Of a DNA stretch of 64,000 nt, positions 1 through 13,503 are shown piece by piece. A program made the position numbers and the translations under genes. The DNA comes from Amoebidium appalachense (lineage: Eukaryota; Protista; Ichthyosporea): the NCBI GenBank assembly GCA_963693365.1, contig CAVNZM010000008.1, positions 1,054,001 through 1,118,000 of the forward strand. Reading direction: 5' to 3'. The notes beneath the pieces were generated by a model, which saw only the letters and a program-made list of their open reading frames with translations, did no database searches and was not told the origin of the DNA. Each line of letters starts with the position of its first letter. Position 1 is the stretch's first letter.

Positions 1-282
1 GGGCCAACAGAGAAGGGGTTGGGTGTGGTTGTTGGTTCCTTGGGCTGCTATGCGGTACAAAAATACACGCCTGTAGAACAACCCCAACATTCTACACATT
101 GGACACCTGCACGAAAAGACACACACACACACACACAGCCCCCTTCCCCCCCCCCCCCCCAAAAAAAAATAAAATAAAATAAAATAAAATAAATAAATAA
201 ATAAATAGAAATAACAAAGAGGGGGTGGGGTGGGGTGGGGGGGGGGGGGGGGGGAGGGGGGGGGGAAGACATCTCCACGCAC

Positions 283-990
283 CTCCAGCACCACCACGCC
301 TGCACCCTCACCCATCACAAATCCGTCCCTGTCCTTGTCGAAGGGTCGGGATGCCTCCTTGGGGGTTTTATTGTACTTTGTGGCTAGTGCTTTGACCCTG
401 TGATTTTAGAGAGAAGGGGGAGGGGAGGGGGGGGGGGGGGGGGGATAGTTAGTGAGGTGGTGATGGTAGCGTATGTCGTAGGGGGGGGAGAGGGGGGGGG
501 GGGGGGGGGGGAAAGGGGAAGTGGGAGCAAAGGAACTGGAATATGATGAATGGAGATGTTCGTCTGTGTGCGTGTGTTGGTGGTTCCTTCCGCTTTCTAA
601 CTTTCTCGCCATGTATGGTGGTGGGCCAAGGAGGTCTCTACGCAGTCTGCGGTGTTTCTTTGGCACTTATCACTGGCTGCAAAGCCCACGATTACACATC
701 ATGTGTGTGTGTGTGTGTGTGTGGGTGGGTGGGTGGGTGGGCGCGGGCGCTGGGGCGGGGAGGAGGGGGAGGGGGGGGGGGGGGGGACCTTGCAAACCCG
801 GCTATGCTCAGGGGGGACACACACGACTCTGTGCCGCCAGCAACCATCACATCGGCCGACCCTACACAGGACAGGGTCAGGGGGGGTCCAAAAAAGGTGT
901 AATCAGAAATTTGGAGCCTTTCTCCTTTCTTGTGGTTGCTGCTGTATTGAGCACCAGGGCAGGAATCATGTACATTGTGAGGAAAGGCCA

Positions 991-1031
<41 letters not shown>

Positions 1032-1282
1032 GGGAGGAGGGGGGGGGGGGGAGGAGGGAGGGGGAGAATATGTTGGTAGAGAATGCCGCCGGAATGAACG
1101 GTTAGCGGGGAGGGGAGAGGGGATGTTTTTGTGGTGTATTTATGGATTGTTAGCAGTGGTAGTGGTGGTGGGGATGGTAGAGGTGGTGGGGTGGGGTGTG
1201 TGTGTGTGTGTGTGTATGTGGGGGGGGGGGGGGGGGGGAGGGAGGGAGGGGAGGGGGCGATTTGGGGGGTGGGGGGGGCGAT

Positions 1283-1323
<41 letters not shown>

Positions 1324-2098
1324 AGTACGAGGGTACTCACCGTCTCTGATCATTCTGAAGGCATCGCCGATACCGTGGGCACCAGTGGCACAGGCAGTGG
1401 ACACGGCATGGTTGGGGCCCTGCCATTGGATACAGGTCACGTGACTGGGGATGCCATTGGCTGGATATCACACGCGCAGGCACGTAAACCAATCAAAAAA
1501 GTACGCAGACCTTTGCACACATACACGTGCAAGGGTAGCTACCATACATACAAGCACACGGGCGCATGTGTGTGTGTGTGTCTACATGCTAACGCACAGT
1601 ACACTCTTGTTGTTGCACAGAAAAGTCCACAGCTTCGCTGTGTGCATGCGCGCGCGCGTGTGTGTGGGGGGGAGGGGGGGGGGGGGGGGGGGGAGGGGGG
1701 AGGGGGGAGGCCTCGAACATCCACACATCCAGATGCATGGACTGCAAAAACTCTGCACAGGCATACGCACACACACAAATCTTCATGGGTATGCAAACAC
1801 ACACAAACACACACGGCACGCACGCACACACAGGCATGCACTTGTGCACAAACACGTTCACACAACAACACCCACACACACCCACACAACACCCACCCAC
1901 ACAAAACCCATACACAAGTATACACAACCAGGCCCACATCCCCCACACACACACATACATAAAGCACCCACACCCACACACAAACTCACACAGACACAAA
2001 CTCACACCCACACACATACATGTACACATCCACGTACATGCACATACACGTACACCCACACACATGTACACAAGTACACAGGCACACACATACGTCCA

Positions 2099-2168
<70 letters not shown>

Positions 2169-2185
2169 TACAGCTGCACCCACAC

Positions 2186-2218
<33 letters not shown>

Positions 2219-3232
2219 CACACACACACACACCTGCAGCCCATGGCGGATGCTCACGTGGCCCGATGCCATGTTGACGAGGATGCGGGGCACAAAGAAC
2301 GGACTGACCCGCTTGTAGCCTTGCTTCTGCAGGGGGGGGGGGGGGGGGGGGGGGTATGATAAGTGGTGTGGAAGTGCACACGGACTGTTTTTATTGTGTG
2401 TACGTGTTGGTGGGGTGGGGAAGGAGGATGGGGGGGGATGGGGGGAAGAGGCAAGGGAGGTGGAAGAGGGGGAGGGGAGAGGAATAGATGATGCAGGAGA
2501 GAAGATTGGGGGACGTCCATATGGAGGAGTGGAAATGTAGCGGGTGGGATGAGTAAGGGAGGCTAGTGCGGGCACACATGTTGCAAGGAAAAACAACAGC
2601 TCACAGAACTCGCTTTTGGATAACGGGATAACATACAGAAACCAAGGCGCACCCGGGGACAGAGACATTTGCCCAGTGGGGAAATGAGGTGGCAGTGGGA
2701 TTAAGAGCATATAGTAGCATGTGGTGTTGGTTGGCAGGAAAAAAAGGGGAAAAAACAACAAAGAATAGGGGAGAAACGGCCCCGCTGGGGGGGGGTGGGT
2801 GGGTGGGGGGGAGGGGGGGGGGGGGGGGGGGGAATAATAATACCGGATCGTTGAGGCTTGCACTAGTCTGGGCTATGTCATTTAGGCCCACCATGCCCAC
2901 ACCTATGCTCACACCCTGTGAAATAAAAGGCAGTTAGTCTCTGTGTATGGTGAAAGGGTAGAATGCTTTGGCTCCCCCCTTTCCCCCCCGCCTCCCTCCA
3001 CCCCCCCCCCCTCCCCCCCCCCCCTCCCCCCCCCCCCCCCCCCCCCCCCCGTTATATCGTTACATCCCCTGAAACCCCTGGGTCCTCCCTACGCATGCTC
3101 CCACTAACACAGTTGCCTTATGTATAAGCAAATTCCAATGACCGAACTAAAGTGTTTAGCCCGTCGATGCAATATGGTAGGTAGGTGGGTGGTGTGGTGA
3201 GGAGGGACGGGAAGCAGGAAGCGCGTGCCCGG

Positions 3233-3265
<33 letters not shown>

Positions 3266-3353
3266 ATGTATGCAGCAGAGGGTTGGGATCATGGAAGTAT
3301 TGACATAAAAGACAAAACGTCCAAAAATGCGAAAATTAGAAACCAAAGAGGAC

Positions 3354-3401
<48 letters not shown>

Positions 3402-3626
3402 AACTCAAACAGACCCAACTGCCAGGGCCATCAGAAGGGTCACATGTCTTCACAGAAGATTTTTTTTGTGTGTGTGTGTGGGGGGGGGGGGGGGGGGGGG
3501 GGGGGTAGGCACGTACGGATGCCTGCTTGTCTTCGTCCGTGGTGGGGGCCCAATTTGCATCACTTAGTGCCTGCTGGGCAGCAGACAGCGCAAAGCTCAC
3601 AAAGGGGGGCACACGCTTGCTGTCCT

Positions 3627-3710
<84 letters not shown>

Positions 3711-3988
3711 TGTGTGTGCATGCGTGTCGCGCGTACGTGTGCGCGTACGTGCAAGCCTGCGCGTGCACGTACGTGTGTGTGTACGTGTGCGCATTTGTGC
3801 CCGGAGGTGGCGGGGGGAGGGGGGGGGGGGGGGGTAAGGGTGAGAATCAGCATGTGGTTGACACACGGTGCAGAGCGCAAAGACCGGCGGGCAAGGGATG
3901 CAAAGGGACAACCAGGTGGGATACCAGGTAGTGATAAGGAAGGACAAACGTGCAGCTAAATAGGACAACGACAAGAAAATATTCATCA

Positions 3989-4049
<61 letters not shown>

Positions 4050-5059
4050 CGCGTGTGTGTGTATGTGCGTGCGCACACATGTGTGTGTGCGCGTGTGCTT
4101 GTTTTGTTGCCTTGGGGGGGGGGGTTTCACGTACGCCTGGCTGTAGCCAATCATCGTCCCTCCACATATGCGGCTCACTGCCCCTTGGCACCAACGCAGC
4201 AACATTGGTCGGTAGGCCCTCATATTCCTTGCCTGCACCAATCATTAGACACCGTTAAAGGTGCACATTCCTTGCCTGCACCAATTATTAGACACCGTTA
4301 AAGGCGCACATTCCTTGCCTGCACCAATCATTATACACCGTTAAAGGTGCACATTCGTTGCCTGCACCAATCATTAGAGACCGTTAAAGGTGCACATTCC
4401 TCGCCTGCACCAATCATTAGACACCGTTAAAGGTGCACATTCCTCGCCTGCACCAATCATTAGACACCGTTCAAGGTGCACATTCCTTGCCTGGGCCAAC
4501 CGTTAAGCACCTAAGAGCATAGCTGTGCACCATAGTGTCAAATGACACAGGTAACATCTTCGTGGCACACTCCCTATCACCACCACCATGACTAACCTAG
4601 AGTTATCTCCCCCCCTCAACCACGTACCCATCCCCTTTCCCCCTTTTGCACTCAGACACACTTGTCTGCCTGCCCTTCCAACCCGCCACCTTAACATCAA
4701 CCTCCCTTTCACCCCACGCCCCACGCTTTAACACCACCGTATCCTGCTCACAGCATGATATACCCCTTTCTGTGACATGCTTCTTGTTTAGCACATGAAC
4801 TATGGCCTAAAACACTCCCGGTGTGTGTCTCAGACCCACATGACAGTTAACCTACATGCATGAACACAGATGGGTTCACGTACACTTTCAGTCTGCCCCC
4901 CCCCCCCCCCCCCCCCCCCCCACGCCAAAAAAAAAATAGAAATAGAAAGAAAAAATCTCCCCCCGTTGCCCACCCTAAACCACCACCACCACTACATACC
5001 CTGACCCCACATTCCATCACACATATTTTAAGACATACACATCCACTCACACCACGAAC

Positions 5060-5105
<46 letters not shown>

Positions 5106-6177
5106 ACATACACACACATACACACACGCACACACACCTGACAGTGTGTCGATGCCACACTGGCCTGCAATGAGTCTCTCCCACGTCTCCTTCACCCCCA
5201 CAGCCAACGGGGTGACAAGGCCTGTTATCTCCCCAGTCAGCATGCATTCCTTTCCCCTTTATGCCTTCTCTTTTTCCTCCTTCCAACTTTCCCATTGCAC
5301 ATATATCCTTCCGCTTTATAATATAATTACCCCCCCCTTCCCCCCCCTTCCCCCCCCCCACTTCCCCTCCGGACCTCCCCCTCCGCCCCCCTGGGGGAGC
5401 AAACAACATCACTTCTTCCTCCTATATTCAATCCGACTAATGTCTCTCCGTAATCCCTTCCCAGTCTTCCTATTCCTCGGCTACACACACACAGAGAGGC
5501 ATACATGAATTTACTGTTTTAAGAGTGTATACACACTGATGCCCAAACCCATCACGAAATCCCCCCCCCCCCCCCCCCCCCCGAGTCACCTCAGGAAAGG
5601 TGTGCAAATGGCAGTTGTCTTCTCCCCCCCCCCCCTCCCCCAACAAAAAAAACAAACAATAAAAAAATGCAGTGATTTATTGGCAAGGATACACACACTG
5701 TACCTTCAGCTATATTTTTGTTCCCCTTCCTTTCCTTTCCTTTTACTTTTTTCTCCATTTTTTTGTTTGTTGTGACGTGTGTGGTGAGTGTGCGTGTGTT
5801 GGGGGGGAGGGAGGCGGGGTGGGTGGGTGGGTGGGTGGGTGGGTGGGTGGGGAGGGGGGGGGGGGGGGGGGGGTTAGAAACTGTACGTATGCCACACTCT
5901 CAGTGTTGTACAGAATGCTCGAAATAAAATTGATGGAGAAAGCCGCGAAAGAGGGAAGGGGAGGTGGGGCGTAAAGAGCTGGGTGGGTGGGTGGGTGAGT
6001 GCCGGAGGAGGGGGGAAGGCAAGGAGGAGGAGGAGGGGGGGGGGTGGGGGGTGGGGGGGGGGACTCGTCACCTAGACCGGTCACAACGACTCGCCTATGT
6101 GGAGGTGGGGGTGGGGGGCTGAACAGTGACAGGTGGCGGGCACCTCTCTGCCCACACAGGACAGAGAGTGTCGGAAT
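283..6177 (-). CDS. OXSM: 3-oxoacyl-[acyl-carrier-protein] synthase (KAS II/FabF, mitochondrial OXSM type), multi-exon; 3' part lies beyond window start
   Basis: Exons (approx.) 6177-6072, 5221-5139, 4232-4135, 3624-3517, 2915-2844, 2327-2235, 1419-1341, 861-789, 397-283 splice in frame to [17 protein letters not shown]...[45 protein letters not shown] (catalytic Cys in TAC)...DVMVAGGTE...[24 protein letters not shown]. First exon unresolved; candidate ATG at 7157 (MSLLLAR..., presequence-like). Confidence 0.93.
4224..4493. repeat. 43-bp tandem repeat (6 full copies + partial) containing the OXSM 3' splice site
   Basis: Unit attccttgcctgcaccaatcattagacaccgttaaaggtgcac starts at 4224, 4267, 4310, 4353, 4396, 4439, 4482. 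Confidence 0.92.
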
Positions 6178-8645
6178 CTGAAAGGTTGTGGGTGTTACTT
6201 ATAGATGTGATGTGTTAGGTAGTTGTGATGGTGTGGGTATTTAAAAAGGGAAGGTTGGGTCCAATATCAAGGTGCGATCTACACGTGTGTCTGTGTGTGT
6301 AGGCGGGCACTTGTGTATGTATGTGTAAGGGGGAGGGGGAGGCGAGGAGTTGGAGGGGGTGGGAGTCGAGTGGGTGGGGCGGGGGGGGGGGGGGGGGGGG
6401 GGGAAGGGGGGGTTGGAGACGGAAACAGGTTCTACTACAGTTGCATTTTACTTAGGTGTGCACACACGGTCTGAGTACAACCCATGAAACATGATAATGA
6501 TCAGACGTTACTGCCCTAAGTTATTTTGCATGCTTCTTGTACCTGCTTCTCCCTAAGGCACATGATTGTTCTGAATCTCCCCATTGTGCAATGTTTCTTG
6601 CGCATAGCTCCCCTCTATGGAAGATGGTCTGGCTAAGCTATAAGCACAGGTTGATGTGCAAGCAAGTCATGGAGCATCCGGTCAAGAGACAGAGGAAAAT
6701 GGAGGGAGCTGGACGGGCGAGCCGGGTCAAGGTGCATGCCTCGGGGTTTAGAGAGGGAGAAGCGGTGGGTGTGGGTGTGTGGGTGTGTGGGGCAGGGGAG
6801 GGGGGGGGGGGGGGGGGGGGGGGGGACAGGCGGGAGGGGGGGGGGGGGGGGGGGGGGGAGAGGAGGAGGAAGGCAAAGGGGGGAGGGGGGTTTGCAAAGG
6901 GCAGGGGGGAGAGAGGGGGGGGGGGGGTGGTGGGGCGGGGTGGGGTGGGGGGGGGGGGGGGAAGGAGGGGAGGGGGGAGGGGGGGAGGGGGGGGGGGGGG
7001 GGAAGGGGGAGGGGGGGCGGAACTGCGAAAGAAGGCAAAGAAGGAGAAGGTTCCTCTGTGTTATGGGTGGCACGGACCAGCAAAGCAAAACCAGGTACAC
7101 CGTCCGAAAGCAAGAAACGAGGGTTGGGTGGCATACCCGAGCCAACAGGAGAGACATGGTGCCTCTAAGAACCTAGAGGTGGCACCAAGGAACGACAAGC
7201 GGGCTTCCTAATACTGTGCGTTTTGTTGTGTTCTGTTGTGTTTTCTCTGCCAGAACTCGAGATGTCTTCGCCGGATCGATGAAGGGGACATCTAAGGGTA
7301 TTGTCCCGCGCGATTACGTAATCTGTGAGCGCTCTGAACAGTGTTGAGCCTCAACCACGGCCCTCAACTCTCGAGCTCCATCACCTCTCACCGGGTCGTT
7401 CAAAACTCCGCGGAGTGCTCACGTGCACTGTAAATAAGACGGCAGCTGCTCAAAGTCAGAGATCCCGCAGGGAAACAACATTCAAAGTGACTAATATAAC
7501 ATGGGGATAAGTACAGCAAACAACAAAAGTTTCGAATGCTTTTGCCTTACAGGAAGGCCGTGTTGACTTGCTCAGACCAGGGGTGAGAAGTAGGTGGACC
7601 GGGTGGTTGCGAACTTCGGTAGTGTGTGTGTATACACGTGTGTGTCTCAGTTGGAGGTGGGGAAGGGGAAGGTGTGGGCTGCACAGCTGGCTGCACGAGA
7701 AGCGCGCGGGGGGAGGGGGGGGAGCGTGGTGGTGGGTGGGTAGCTATAGGGGGGGGGGGGGGGGGGGGGGGAGGAGGGGAGTTGCTGTACACTGTACAAC
7801 TGTATGCCTTTTTTAGAGCACTGGGTTGAGTTTCGAACGGACCAGTTCGCCTATCATTCAAGGCTTCCAGAGGCCTTGTTATCGTTACGGCCGTGAAACA
7901 AAACCGTCTAGGTAGAACGCTAGATGGGCCGGGGCATTCCAATTTTGTTGACCAGTGATAACGTTTGCAGTGCTGCAGTTGACTGTTAATGAAATTGTCC
8001 GCCGTAAAATTTCGAGGGAATGTTTTGGAATGTACGCAAACAACCTGTTAGCTCGGAGGCTGCGTTATCGTGCCGAGCTGTTACATTTAAGCGGTTGCCT
8101 GCACCGTGACAAAACCACTAGACTGACTCAAGACGAAAGTATAGCATAGTTCTTGGGCAGTACCGTGTGAAGGGTGCTTGAAGTGTCTGCTGGATGGGAC
8201 AAAGGGGAATTCTGTGCAACAGGTCGTTTGATAAATGTCCCTCGTACTCTTCTTGCAAACATTGACCCTTCTGCTCTTGGTTCTGTCGGACTCACAGGTT
8301 TGATAGAACATAGCAGATCCGTTTCCCTGCTTGGCCACTTGTTCACACAACCCACACAACTCACGAATTAACGAATGGATAGCCTGCGCGACTTGGAGCT
8401 TCATATTATTTCTGTTCAAAAATGTGCTCTGCCAGCACACTCAGTGCCAGACATACATATTTTGTCTCAAGGAAAACCGTGCTCATTATATTGTATACGT
8501 ACATTGGTTGTTCAAAAAGGCAATAGATTGAATCAGATACACGTACGGGGTCCCATGCAGTATACACACTCAATAAACTTCATCAATAAAGAGTAACATG
8601 GACAACAAATTTCTTTCATTGCAGTTCTGGATCACTGCCCTCGGG

Positions 8646-8960
8646 TTACCAGCCCCTCATCTGTGTGCCTGAAGCTGGTGGCTGGCACTGTCTGATGCAG
8701 CCACGGTAGCCCGAGTAGTTAATCTTCCCACCCTCCTCCTCCAGTCTCTCCAGGTTGATGTCACACAGCCGGGTGCAGTAGCTGGTCGTCTTCCTGCCAC
8801 ACTTGTAGTAGCATGTTTTGCGAGATTTGATCTCATCCACATAGTCTTTGTCTGCGAGGATGTCGCACATGGCCCTGCAGTGCTGCACCTGGGGGGAGGA
8901 GGCTGCTTGCGCAGAGGCAACAGCTACAGCGCACACGGCAAGGAGCTTGGCGAAGAGCAT
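8646..8960 (-). CDS. Small secreted cysteine-rich protein (104 aa; signal peptide plus four CxxxC motifs), intronless, function unknown
   Basis: Non-repetitive ORF MLFAKLLAVCAVAVASAQA|ASSPQ... with hydrophobic leader and A-Q-A cleavage site. Motifs CRAMC, CYYKC, CTRLC, CIRQC. GC3-rich codons like the other genes; AAAATG start context. Confidence 0.8.
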   Translation of the reverse strand: MLFAKLLAVCAVAVASAQAASSPQVQHCRAMCDILADKDYVDEIKSRKTCYYKCGRKTTSYCTRLCDINLERLEEEGGKINYSGYRGCIRQCQPPASGTQMRGW

Positions 8961-10088
8961 TTTGTAGGTTGGGTTGACGTTTCTAGGTGAAAAATAAGGA
9001 GTCTGTTTGCCTGTGCAAGTTTTGAGTGTGAACCGTGAAAAATGAAGTTATGCTGACCCTTTTTGTCGGTTTCTCAAGTATCGTTCATCAGTTCTGGTAT
9101 GTCGATTTTGGCCCGTTTTGTTTCAGTGACCAATCGGAACCCACAAGCCACATTCCTAAGTATAAAAATCGATGGCCAAGCTGTCACAAGCAATAGCGAC
9201 ATGTACACTGTCACGTCGAGGGGACTTGAAAACTATAATGGGCCAGTTGTATCTTTATTTTGCTTCAAATTCTGTCTTTCTTCTACTATACGCCGTTTTC
9301 TTTTGTAAGAATCCCTGGTTTAAAATTAAATAGCAATGCAAATTTGAGCTTGGCAAACACAGCCTTGGGCAGGTGTGCGCTCTGTGAACGGTCTTGGTAT
9401 TGACTCTGTGGAGAACGGGAGATGCTCTCCGAACCAATCGGGAAGCAACAAATCTCTTAAGTTACCTTCGGCTGAGGGGGACTTGTCGACTGTCAGGCGA
9501 CATCTTGATTACCGTGGAAAGTAGGAAAACGAACTAGAATTCATCTCTACAATCAACAATATTAAAAATATATGCTGTCAGCTTGTGTTCTTTTTAATAT
9601 CGAGACTGTAGTACCTGGACATAGTCTGCAGACCACTCAAGCCCCACCAGTTGTATCGATCGCGTCATACATTCCTAATATGTTATTAGACATTCGCATA
9701 GATCCTCTCAGGTTTACGTTACTATGCGAAGTTTGGGGAGACCAACAAAAGCCAAACAAACAAACCAACAGAAAAAAAAAAAAAAAAGCCTCCGGGACAA
9801 AAAACCAGCGGCGCCGTCGTCGTGGAGGAAACTTCCCACAATTCTGTAAGGGCAACGCGTAAACGGCGACACCTTCGCTCAGCCCCGTATGTGCCCCGTC
9901 ATCTTTCCTCCGCGTTCAGTTGCTTGTCAAACCATCTTCACGAACATGATGAAACCTTTCTTGCCACTTGCCATTATTCCTTCCGAACTCTCCGAGCTTT
10001 CTCGTCACGCGCCTGTGTGCCGCCTTCTCTATTGTTTCCATCAGCACATTCCCTGTCCTTACTAACTTCGTGTGCTTTACAGGCCAAC

Positions 10089-10374
10089 ATGACCAACGTA
10101 GAGCCCACCGAAACCGAGCTGCAGAACCTCGCAGCGGCCTGCAACCGGCTATGGAAACTGGACGTGAACAGGATGCACCCCAACGATGACTACGACATAG
10201 ATCTGGGAGAAGGCAAGCGGGTAGGTTTGGTGGATCATGGATGGAAGGGGAAAGACGAAGGAGACAGGAGTTGTTTTGGGTCCCAAAAAATGAAGTAGGT
10301 GAATAGGAGGGAGGATGCGGGGGAAGGGCTCCGGGGAGGGGCCGGGAGGGAGAGGGAGGGGGGTGGGGGGGAGG

Positions 10375-10424
<50 letters not shown>

Positions 10425-10901
10425 GGGGGGGGTGGGGGGGGGGGGGGGGGGGGGGGGGGGGAGTGAGGAGGGAAGTGATGCAGAGAAATGGATGCTGCTT
10501 GACCGGAAACTGAAGGGTATGGAAAAGTATGAGTTGGGAGAGAGTCGGGACCGGGGGGTGTGGGATCAGGGCTGAAAAGACGAAGAGAGGGCCAACCAAT
10601 CGCTGCTCAATAGATCCGCAAAATGATATTATCACTAGTATGTTCCTAGGGCATTAAGAGTGACAGAGAAGTTTTCTGGAAAAGAAAAAGGTTTCTTTAA
10701 AAATAGGTGCAAACGAAAGGGGAAGACACACAGGAGACTACATGCTGACAAATGATTCCCCCCAGCCGTTTGACACAGAGGACAAGAACACGGGCAAGCT
10801 GTTCAAATTTGTCAAGAAGGACCGCTTCATGGCCCAACCCACCTATAGGCACTTCTACACCCTTCTGGACAACTACGATTCGGTGTGTATGTGGTTGGGC
10901 C

Positions 10902-10932
<31 letters not shown>

Positions 10933-11095
10933 AGAAGAAGGGGTGGCAGAGAGGAGGGAGGAGGGGCATTTTTTTTTTTGGGGGGGGGGGGGGGTAGGGG
11001 TCAGTGTGTGGGGGGATACTTTTTGACCGCATGTGCGGGCTTGTGCTTGCCTGTGTTTTTCCTTTTCTTTCTTTTCTTTCTCTTTTTTTGCGAAA

Positions 11096-11132
<37 letters not shown>

Positions 11133-11249
11133 CGCTGGTTGATGTCTGCTGCAGATGCATGTGCGCCTTCGAATTTTTTCTTCCTATTCCTTATCTACAT
11201 CATCATCTTTTATTTTCCGTCTTTGTTTTCTTTTTTGTGACCTGGGGGT

Positions 11250-11299
<50 letters not shown>

Positions 11300-12006
11300 T
11301 AAGGGGGTGTGCATCGAAAGGTTGATCTGCCCAGTACATCCATCTGTGCCGAAGTGAGCGATCCATACTTGAAAACGGTGAGCGATTTGTTGTTGCTGTG
11401 CTCAATGTGGGAGAGTTAGAGCTATTTTATTTCTATTTTATTTTATTTTATTTTATTTATGTATTTATTTATTTATTTATTTTTTTTTTTTATTTTTTTT
11501 TGGGGGGGGGGGGGGGGAATGCTCTCATCTCCAGAGAGAGTGAAGGTGGTTGAACTATTAGGGAAGGAGGGAAAAGTTTATGTGTGAGGGAGTTTTAGGT
11601 TCTAAAAATGTGTGGTTGAGTTGGGTGAGCGTGTGGAGGTGTGGGTGGGTATGGCGCTGTGTGTTTGTGTGTTTGTGTGTGTGTGTGTGTATTGTGTGTG
11701 TGTGCGCTCTCGGAGTGTGTATGTGCATGTGTGTTTGTTGCGCTTGCATATGCATGTGTGTATCCATGTGTGTCAATATGAATGTGTGTTTTATATTAGT
11801 TTCCCTTTTCTACCTTCCACGTTATACGTGTGGTATGGGTGTATCTAACCGAATGTGGTGGCAGGAAACCGGACGTGCAGAGTTAGTCACCCAGCAGGAG
11901 ACCAGCGAGCAGATAGCGTTTATTGAGGCCTGCTATGCCACCCCCTGTGGCCAGTACCTGCACAAGCTGATGGTCGCCAAGGACGCTGCCCCGGTACTTA
12001 TTCCGT

Positions 12007-12037
<31 letters not shown>

Positions 12038-13436
12038 CCCCCGGCCATCCACAAACACACTGAATCCACTCCATTAGAGAGAGCCCCCCACCCTCCCCCT
12101 CTCCTGCCCTTAGTTGAGTTTTGCATGCGAGGCGAATGGCTCGGAACTCAGGTACTGTGGATGACGTGGGCTCAGCTCATGGTGTGCATGCTTTCTGTGT
12201 GCTTTCCAATCTGTGTTGTGCTACTCGTCGTATATGTGTACGTTGCACTTTTACACATCTATACCCCCTTTTCCTCTCTCAGAAAAAACCCCACACACCC
12301 CCATCCCTAGACCACCACCAACGGCCCCTTCCAAAAACGACATACACACACACAAGCCCTTTTTTCAGAACGACTGCACCTGTAGATACACCAAATGCTT
12401 GTTTCAGCACCAAGCCTTATCGCATATACCCTTTGTGCGCTGAGCTTGGTATGTTCTGCATTTTAGGAGAGCCTGAATGTTTCATTATTATAACCTTGGA
12501 GCCTTGCCGAATTTTTATTTTTTTTGGCTTTCTACCACAAATTCTAAGTTGTGCAAATCTCTGATTGGGTTGATAGTGAGGGTTATCCCCCTGAGGGTGA
12601 ATGTTATCTAACATCCTCCTCACTCCCCCCCCTTCCCCCCCCCCTCACTCCCTCCCCCGCTTTCCCTACGACCAACAAACGGCAATCACCAAATACCAAC
12701 TTACTTAGGGTGGATTCATGTTGCAACCGAACATCCATTAACCGAACACCAGATCGGATGATTTCATTGGCTCTGGTCAGATCCAGTCCTGACGTAAGTA
12801 AGTACGGGAACTGAATTCGATTGGTTCCCTAATGTCGACATCGAGATTTTGGATTTCCGTTCGTCTACATTTTATGCGTGCCCGAGTGGAGCACACGGAA
12901 AAGGTCTTCCAAAATATTCTACTCCATCAGAAACCTTTTAGAACAGTTGAAGTAATAACTTATTTAAATTGCCTGCTTTTTTCTAGATGAAGGTGATACA
13001 TATGAGCTTCTGTCGACATCACATCCTGCCGACCGCTGGTCCAGGTGAAAGCCATCATTCACAAACCGGCAACGGTAAACATATGATATGCAACCAATCG
13101 CTGTAAAGATCGAGGTGCTCGGTTAATGGGTGAGATCTTGGCAGCATTTGCTTTTCATGTGTTTGCTAGTAAATTAGACCGGAAGCGTTTTTAATTTAGA
13201 AACTGAAGATTTACACTATATTCTTCTTCCGACAAAAGAAAGTACCCGTTTATCTCTATTTGGAGCTGAGATATTGCATAGATCGGGTGCGAAAACGGTT
13301 AATGGCTCAGGTACCCTACCACCACGTCACACATACATCCTCCCCATGACATCTTATAGATACTCTAATCTTCCGACTCAGTCGGCCAACATTACTAACA
13401 TAAACGTGTGTGTGGGATACAATGTGTGTGTGTGTG

Positions 13437-13503
<67 letters not shown>

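Noticed and set aside
8087-8440. 117-aa Cys-containing ORF downstream of the secreted protein (possible paralogue)
   Set aside because: No signal peptide, no CxxxC spacing, AT-richer codons; no recognisable similarity.
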